Shown here: in pieces, positions 58,816-64,000 of the stretch
Layout of the letters: each line of letters opens with the position of its first letter
Numbering within the stretch: position 1 is the first letter of the stretch
From: Desulfosudaceae bacterium
GTDB taxonomy: Bacteria > Desulfobacterota > Desulfobacteria > Desulfobacterales > Desulfosudaceae
Direction: 5' to 3'
Assembly: GCA_963674745.2 (NCBI GenBank)
Contig: CAXXDV010000003.1
Span: 768,001 to 832,000, forward strand
Length of the DNA: 64,000 bases
Notes under the pieces: model-generated
What the model was told of the DNA's origin: nothing
Database searches by the model: none
Seen by the model: the letters and a program-made list of their open reading frames with translations, nothing else
Translations under genes and position numbers: made by a program

Positions 58816-60686
58816 ATGATCGAAAAAGAGAACCTGGTCGGTCCGACAAACAAGATCCTCGAGGTGGATTTGACCAAGCGCAAGGCCAGTATTTATGTCG
58901 TTACTGATAAAGAAAGAAAACTGTATCTGGGCGGTAAGGGGCTTGGCCTGAAGCTTATTTTTGATCGCATGCCCGCAGGTGTTGACCCTATGGGAGAGGA
59001 GAACATCCTCGCCCTTATGCCGGGTGTTGTCATGGGGACGGGTGCACCCTGTTCCGGGCGGTTTCATGCCGTCACCAAGTCTCCTTTGACCGGTATCATG
59101 ACCTCTTCTTCCTGCGGAGGCGCTTTTGGTATGCAGTTGAAGACCGCCGGTTGGGATGGCGTTTTAATAAAGGGCAAGGCCGATCGACCGGTTTATATTG
59201 AGATTTCCGCGAAAAACGTATCTTTCAAAGACGCGGACGAGTTCTGGGGCATGGATACCGTTTCCGTCCAGGAGAAAATAATTGAACATAAACGAACCGC
59301 CGCCCTGGTCATCGGCCCGGCCGGCGAGAAAGGTGTCCGGTTTGCCAGTATTGCTTCAGGGCACCGGTTTCTCGGGCGTGGTGGAATGGGTGCCGTTATG
59401 GGCGCCAAAAACTTAAAAGCAATTGTGGCCGCTGGCGGGGGATTCAGAATCAAACCGGTGGATGCGGACGGCTTTGAGAAGGTAAGAAAGAAGGCCGTAA
59501 AATATATCAGCAGTAATAAGATGACATCGGATGTGTATACCAATTACGGCACCCGGGCCAATGTCAATATGAGCAATAAGGGCAATATACTGCCGATCAA
59601 TAATTTTTCGGACGGCAGCAGTGACGAGGCGGAAAAATATCCGGCGAAACGATCAGCGAAAAGCACAAGACATTTCATAAGACCTGTATCCCTTGTATGA
59701 TTATGTGCGGGCAAATGGGGACTTTTAACGGTAAAGAGCTGCCGGTGCCCGAATTTGAAACAGTCGGTCTGCTGGGTTCCAACCTCGGTATTTTTGACAC
59801 TGATAAGATTGCCCGGTTCAACCAGATCTGCAATGAAATGGGTATGGACACCATTTCCGCCGGTGGTACGCTGGCCTGGGTTATGGAGGCAGCAGAAAAA
59901 GGGTTGGTAAAAAGCCCTTTGAAGTTCGGCTCCGCGGAAGGGGTAGAACAGGCGCTGCTTGATATCGCCCATTTCAACGGTTTTGGCGCTGAGATGGCAA
60001 TGGGCACCAAGGCCCTGGCCAAAAAATACGGCGGCACCGAGTTCGCCATGCAGGTCAAGGGGATGGAAATGGCGGCTTATGACCCCCGGGGGTCTTTCGG
60101 CCAGGGACTGGCTTATGCGGTTGCCAACCGGGGGGCCTGCCATTTATCCGCCTACCTGGTTGCCCAGGAGGTATATTTTGGCCTGCTGGATCCGGCCAAG
60201 GCTTCCGCCAAGCCTGAATTTACGAAGTTTTTTGAAAGCCTGACCTGTTGTATCAATTCTTTGCAGACCTGCCAGTTCACCATGTTTGCCTATCTTCTTG
60301 AGCCGCCCATGTCAAAATATACATTTGACCCCATCCTGGGATTCCTGATGCAGAACATGCCGGTTATGGCCATCAAATTAATTGATTTCAGTGTTTATAC
60401 GAAGCTCTGGTCAGCCATTACCGGGATCAAGATGTCCGACAAGGAATTTCTAAAGGCCGGAGATAGAATCCATGTTCTGGAACGGTTTATGAACACCCGG
60501 GAGGGGGTTTCCAGAAAGGATGACACCCTGCCCATACGACTGCTCAGGGAGAGCCGCAAATCCGATCCTGATAAACGAACAGTGCCGCTGGAAGAAATGC
60601 TGGAAAAGTATTATGACTTACGGGGTTATGATGAACACGGCATTCCCACCGGAAAAACGCTGAAGGCACTGAAAATAGATGTATAA
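58816..60686 (+). pseudogene. aor: Aldehyde:ferredoxin oxidoreductase (W/Mo) split by a single-base frameshift at about 59633-59637
   Basis: N-terminal half LGGKG, TKSPLTG, IGPAGE, GRGGMGAVMG.KNLKA; C-terminal half PEFET, GMDTISAG, YDPRG, NRGACH; adding one A restores EKISGE...CIPCMIMCG. Confidence 0.85.
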
Positions 60687-60765
60687 TCACTATTGCCTTT
60701 CTCTCTTCAGCCTTTTGGTTGAGGCCCTTTTCGATGATGACAATTAAATAGAGGTGTATCCGAAG

Positions 60766-62451
60766 ATGCAGGACCTGACGCGTTCTCAGAAAGCCCGGTT
60801 TGCCATCAGCACGTTTAAAACACTGGCCAAAGCGAATGCCCTGAGGGGGTTTTTCAGGCCTTCGGGCAGAATGGGCGGCCAACTGGCGGATTGCCTGTTG
60901 ACGCTTAACCCGGAAATTTACGGCAGCATGACCGATCCCCGTGTGGTTGAACTCAACGGACTGGAGTATGTGATCGATCGCCTGCCGCGAGGGGTGGAAG
61001 AATGCACACGGATTACGCTGACCGAGGAAGACCAGTTCGGTGAAAGCGTTTTTGAAGAGATCGTGCCCTTAAGACGTCGGCGGACATGTTGCCGGATCAG
61101 TGAAACGGAAATGTGTTTTGTCGTAACCCGGGGGTTGAGCGAGATCTATGACATCCTGACCCATCTTACGTTTTTGAACATCGAGTCCGGCAAGATCGAA
61201 TCCCGCATGATGCGTGAGTCCGGGGGGATGACCAATGAATGGCGGGACCTGAAAACGTTTGTCGAAGATCCGAAAACGGTCAGCGAACATGAACTGGAAC
61301 AGGCCATCTGGAACCTGAGCCTGATCGTGGGACGGCCCTATTCGGAGACCCGCCAGACCTATGAGCGTCTTGAAAAAAGCCGGGCGGCCGCTAACACCAA
61401 CAGCGGTTTATTTTCCATTATCTATCATCTGGGCAATCGGGTCCATGAAGAACGAAAAGCTCAGGAAAACATGCTGGTCGTTTCTTTTACGCCTTCCCTG
61501 ATGAACATTATCGCGCACCAGCGGAACGGAGAACGCTGGGCCAGGAGCATCAAAACCAGACTCCGGGAACTGGGACTCCATGACCGGCCGTTGCACATTA
61601 TCAGCGCCAATCTTCACAGTGCCGTGAACCTGCTTTACGGGTTTGCAGCAGCCAGGGCATGTGCCATACAGACTGAGGCGGATGAAGATCTTTACAATTT
61701 TATCGGCTGCATCCGGGAAAATGCTGATGATGTCTTTAACTATGCCAGGCAGAACGGACTGCACGAAATCAAGGATCAGTCCGGCAGCCATATCGACTGC
61801 CAGCTTATTGACACGGCCTGCCTTGACTCGGTCCCGCAGCACCCCACCCACCGGTTCGACTTTTCAGACCCCGACAAGAAGAAGGCGCCGGTGCTGCTGG
61901 TAATGGATTACGCATTCGGCGCCCAGGCTTTTGAAGTGATGGATTGCCTGCTTGATCCCGATACGGATGAACCACCCCGTCGCCTGAACGTGAAATCCAT
62001 ATCCATTATGGGCAAGGCCGGCGTGCTGGCCGGGAAAAAGGGTGATATCATGCTGGCCACCGCTCATGTGATCGAAGGTACATCAGACAACTACACCTGT
62101 AAGAATGATTTGAAAAAGTCTGACTTTGAGCCGGGTATTGACGTGTATAGCGGGCCTATGATTACCGTCCTGGGCACATCATTGCAGAACCGGGATTTGC
62201 TTCAGCGGTTTCAGGAAAGCTGGCAAACCATCGGGCTGGAAATGGAGGGCGGACATTATCAGCGGGCCATCAGCGCCGCCATTCTTAAAGGCCATATACC
62301 CCGCAGCGTCAAGACAAGGTACGCCTACTACGCCTCGGATAACCCCCTGGTCAGCGGTCAGACGCTGGCGGCCGGAGAGATGGGGGTAGAGGGTATCCGG
62401 CCGACATATATGGTCACCCGTGTGATCCTGGAGAAAATTGTCGGGAAATGA
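60766..62451 (+). CDS. Conserved hypothetical protein (DUF6909-like by recollection) with C-terminal nucleoside phosphorylase/AMP nucleosidase-like motifs
   Basis: PEIYGS, DRLP.G.EEC, IMGKAG...GDIML, GLEMEG, ASDNPL; GAGGTG RBS. Confidence 0.7.
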   Translation: MQDLTRSQKARFAISTFKTLAKANALRGFFRPSGRMGGQLADCLLTLNPEIYGSMTDPRVVELNGLEYVIDRLPRGVEECTRITLTEEDQFGESVFEEIVPLRRRRTCCRISETEMCFVVTRGLSEIYDILTHLTFLNIESGKIESRMMRESGGMTNEWRDLKTFVEDPKTVSEHELEQAIWNLSLIVGRPYSETRQTYERLEKSRAAANTNSGLFSIIYHLGNRVHEERKAQENMLVVSFTPSLMNIIAHQRNGERWARSIKTRLRELGLHDRPLHIISANLHSAVNLLYGFAAARACAIQTEADEDLYNFIGCIRENADDVFNYARQNGLHEIKDQSGSHIDCQLIDTACLDSVPQHPTHRFDFSDPDKKKAPVLLVMDYAFGAQAFEVMDCLLDPDTDEPPRRLNVKSISIMGKAGVLAGKKGDIMLATAHVIEGTSDNYTCKNDLKKSDFEPGIDVYSGPMITVLGTSLQNRDLLQRFQESWQTIGLEMEGGHYQRAISAAILKGHIPRSVKTRYAYYASDNPLVSGQTLAAGEMGVEGIRPTYMVTRVILEKIVGK

Positions 62452-62455
62452 GCAT

Positions 62456-62845
62456 TGTGTTTATGTGTTTAAGTGATTAGGTGGTTATGTGATTAAGGCA
62501 TTAAGGTGTTTGGCGTTTTATGGCGCGTCCGAGATCGAACTGCAAAACAACAACATTAGTATATTAGTTTCTCCTGCTGATTTTTTATCCCTCCAGAGAG
62601 CCGGTACCTAAAAGAATAAAGCTTTAAACAATAATACTTTTGAAATTCTGAAAATTTTTTCACAGAAAGCTAAACAGGCTGTCAAATAACCCAAAACAGC
62701 CAGCATTCCGGACGCGTTTGACAACGTCGAACGAAATTCGGAATCTTGAAGAATATATAACCCACAGGCCGGGATGACGAATTGTGGGACAAACCGTAAC
62801 GCCTTCTGCTACCTTACCACCTGATCACTTAAACACTTAATCACT
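62456..62845. repeat. Intergenic region bounded by inverted 8-bp-unit repeats
   Basis: GTGTTTAAGTGATTAGGTGGT (62465-62485) pairs with ACCACCTGATCACTTAAACAC (62816-62836), one mismatch. Confidence 0.7.
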
Positions 62846-64000
62846 TCTTGGTTCGATCTCATACAGCCGCCAGGTCGAATTGTGCTCATCATTCTGCCAT
62901 ATCAGTCGAAATCCGGGGATAGCGGTGTATCTGTCCGGCCGGGTTGACAGAAACGCGTCGGCCGCTGTCCCCGGCGCGGGCCTGGCCTGCCAGGGGATTC
63001 CACCCTGATAGCGGAAGGCGATCATCAGGTAACCGTCAACCAGCAGATAACGGCATTTCAATCCTTTCAGGAAGGCATGCAGATCATCCGGCGTACCCTG
63101 ATAAAACGTATTGAAGTATCGTTCTATCCGTTCCCGGCTGGAACGGGTTTCATACTTGGGCTGCATGATAACCGGGTGTTCAGTATGGGCCAGAATCGCC
63201 GCCGAGTTGATAAAATCAGCCGCGATGGCGCTTTGGCCGTCCAGGTTGGACTGCGCCCAGTAAATGAATTCTGCCAGGTTGCGGCGTTCAAATGACGGAT
63301 ACCAGGATGCGTTATTTATTGTCGGCAGTGCGGCGAGCATTAAAAAGGATTGGAAGGCCAGTGTTATTGATACGGCAGTTCGTTTTATCTTTGAAGATTT
63401 TAAACGTGACAGCAAAACAGCTGTAAATACCGGTGCCATCAGGCCGCAGAGAACGACCAGTCGCTTGACAAGCAGACTCGCCGTCAATGACATGAAGGCC
63501 ATTATCAGGAAGACCTGTATGCGGTTGTTCCCTTTTCCGCGCCACAGGTCGCCTGCACCGGAAATCAGCGCAATGATCAGCATCAGTCCGGAAATGCCGA
63601 GCTGCAGAGCAAGATAAAAAGGGGATGCCGTGGCGAAGGGCCCCTGCCACAGCAAACGGGCCCCAAAACTCAGCGCATTCGGATCCCTGGGTGGATGACC
63701 CAGGTAAATCAGTTTACTCAACATCAGCTCAAAAACATGTTGGTAGTCCCCAATAAAAAAGCGGGAAAAACAGATCAACACGACAAACAGGGCGAGACCG
63801 GTCAGCAGTCGCCATAATGGTTTAAACGGCCGGCGCCGTTCAATCCACGCCGCCAGTAGCAGCCCGTAAAGGATCAACATCGGCGGAGAGACCGGAAACC
63901 ACTTGGCGCGCAAGACCGGTATCAGCAGGGATCCCGCCGCCAGAATTGCGGGAAAAGGCCGGGCACTTGATCCTGAAAGGATGTTTCGCCCCGTCCTCAA
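62837..64000 (-). CDS. Polytopic membrane protein, GT-C/DPY19-like (5' end lies outside the window)
   Basis: Multiple TM helices then a soluble domain FIYW...AIAA...HPVIMQPKYE....RER. Confidence 0.65.
   Translation of the reverse strand: MRTGRNILSGSSARPFPAILAAGSLLIPVLRAKWFPVSPPMLILYGLLLAAWIERRRPFKPLWRLLTGLALFVVLICFSRFFIGDYQHVFELMLSKLIYLGHPPRDPNALSFGARLLWQGPFATASPFYLALQLGISGLMLIIALISGAGDLWRGKGNNRIQVFLIMAFMSLTASLLVKRLVVLCGLMAPVFTAVLLSRLKSSKIKRTAVSITLAFQSFLMLAALPTINNASWYPSFERRNLAEFIYWAQSNLDGQSAIAADFINSAAILAHTEHPVIMQPKYETRSSRERIERYFNTFYQGTPDDLHAFLKGLKCRYLLVDGYLMIAFRYQGGIPWQARPAPGTAADAFLSTRPDRYTAIPGFRLIWQNDEHNSTWRLYEIEPRSD

Noticed and set aside
59631..59700. Programmed -1 ribosomal frameshift in aor
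   Set aside because: The heptamer is not a canonical slippery site and no clear stimulatory hairpin is seen; a simple indel is more parsimonious

Overview
64 kb of bacterial chromosome with a gene content typical of an anaerobic Desulfobacterota (Desulfobacterales-like) organism; the taxonomy is inferred from gene families and repeat style. About 56 CDS are supported. No rRNA, tRNA, CRISPR array, integrase or transposase was seen. Bases 1-32,400 are mostly housekeeping (aspA-like, nadB, dnaJ, queD, pyrD, folE2, ttcA, rpoZ, greA, asd, leuB, pssA/psd, trmO, rlmD, maf, yggS, queH, trxAB), plus a CooC/RACo accessory operon. Bases 32,500-51,200 are accessory metabolism: two GMC oxidoreductase paralogues, Fe-S and DUF362 proteins, a PAS hybrid kinase, a 2-hydroxyacyl-CoA dehydratase pair, and a compact DeoR-controlled operon encoding a tandem nucleoside-deoxyribosyltransferase-family protein and a ribokinase-DERA fusion. 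The end of the window holds htpX, recJ, pflX, an S1 paralogue, a frameshifted aldehyde:ferredoxin oxidoreductase, a nucleosidase-fold unknown and a truncated DPY19-like membrane protein. The best candidates for novelty are (1) the phosphorylase-independent deoxyribonucleoside/nucleotide catabolic operon, (2) a membrane-anchored coiled-coil protein ending in a RelE-like domain, (3) a bacterial DPY19-like GT-C protein, and (4) GTAG-REP/REPIN elements, including a 78-bp direct repeat bracketing a single gene. All family assignments come from motif recognition by eye, not from database searches.
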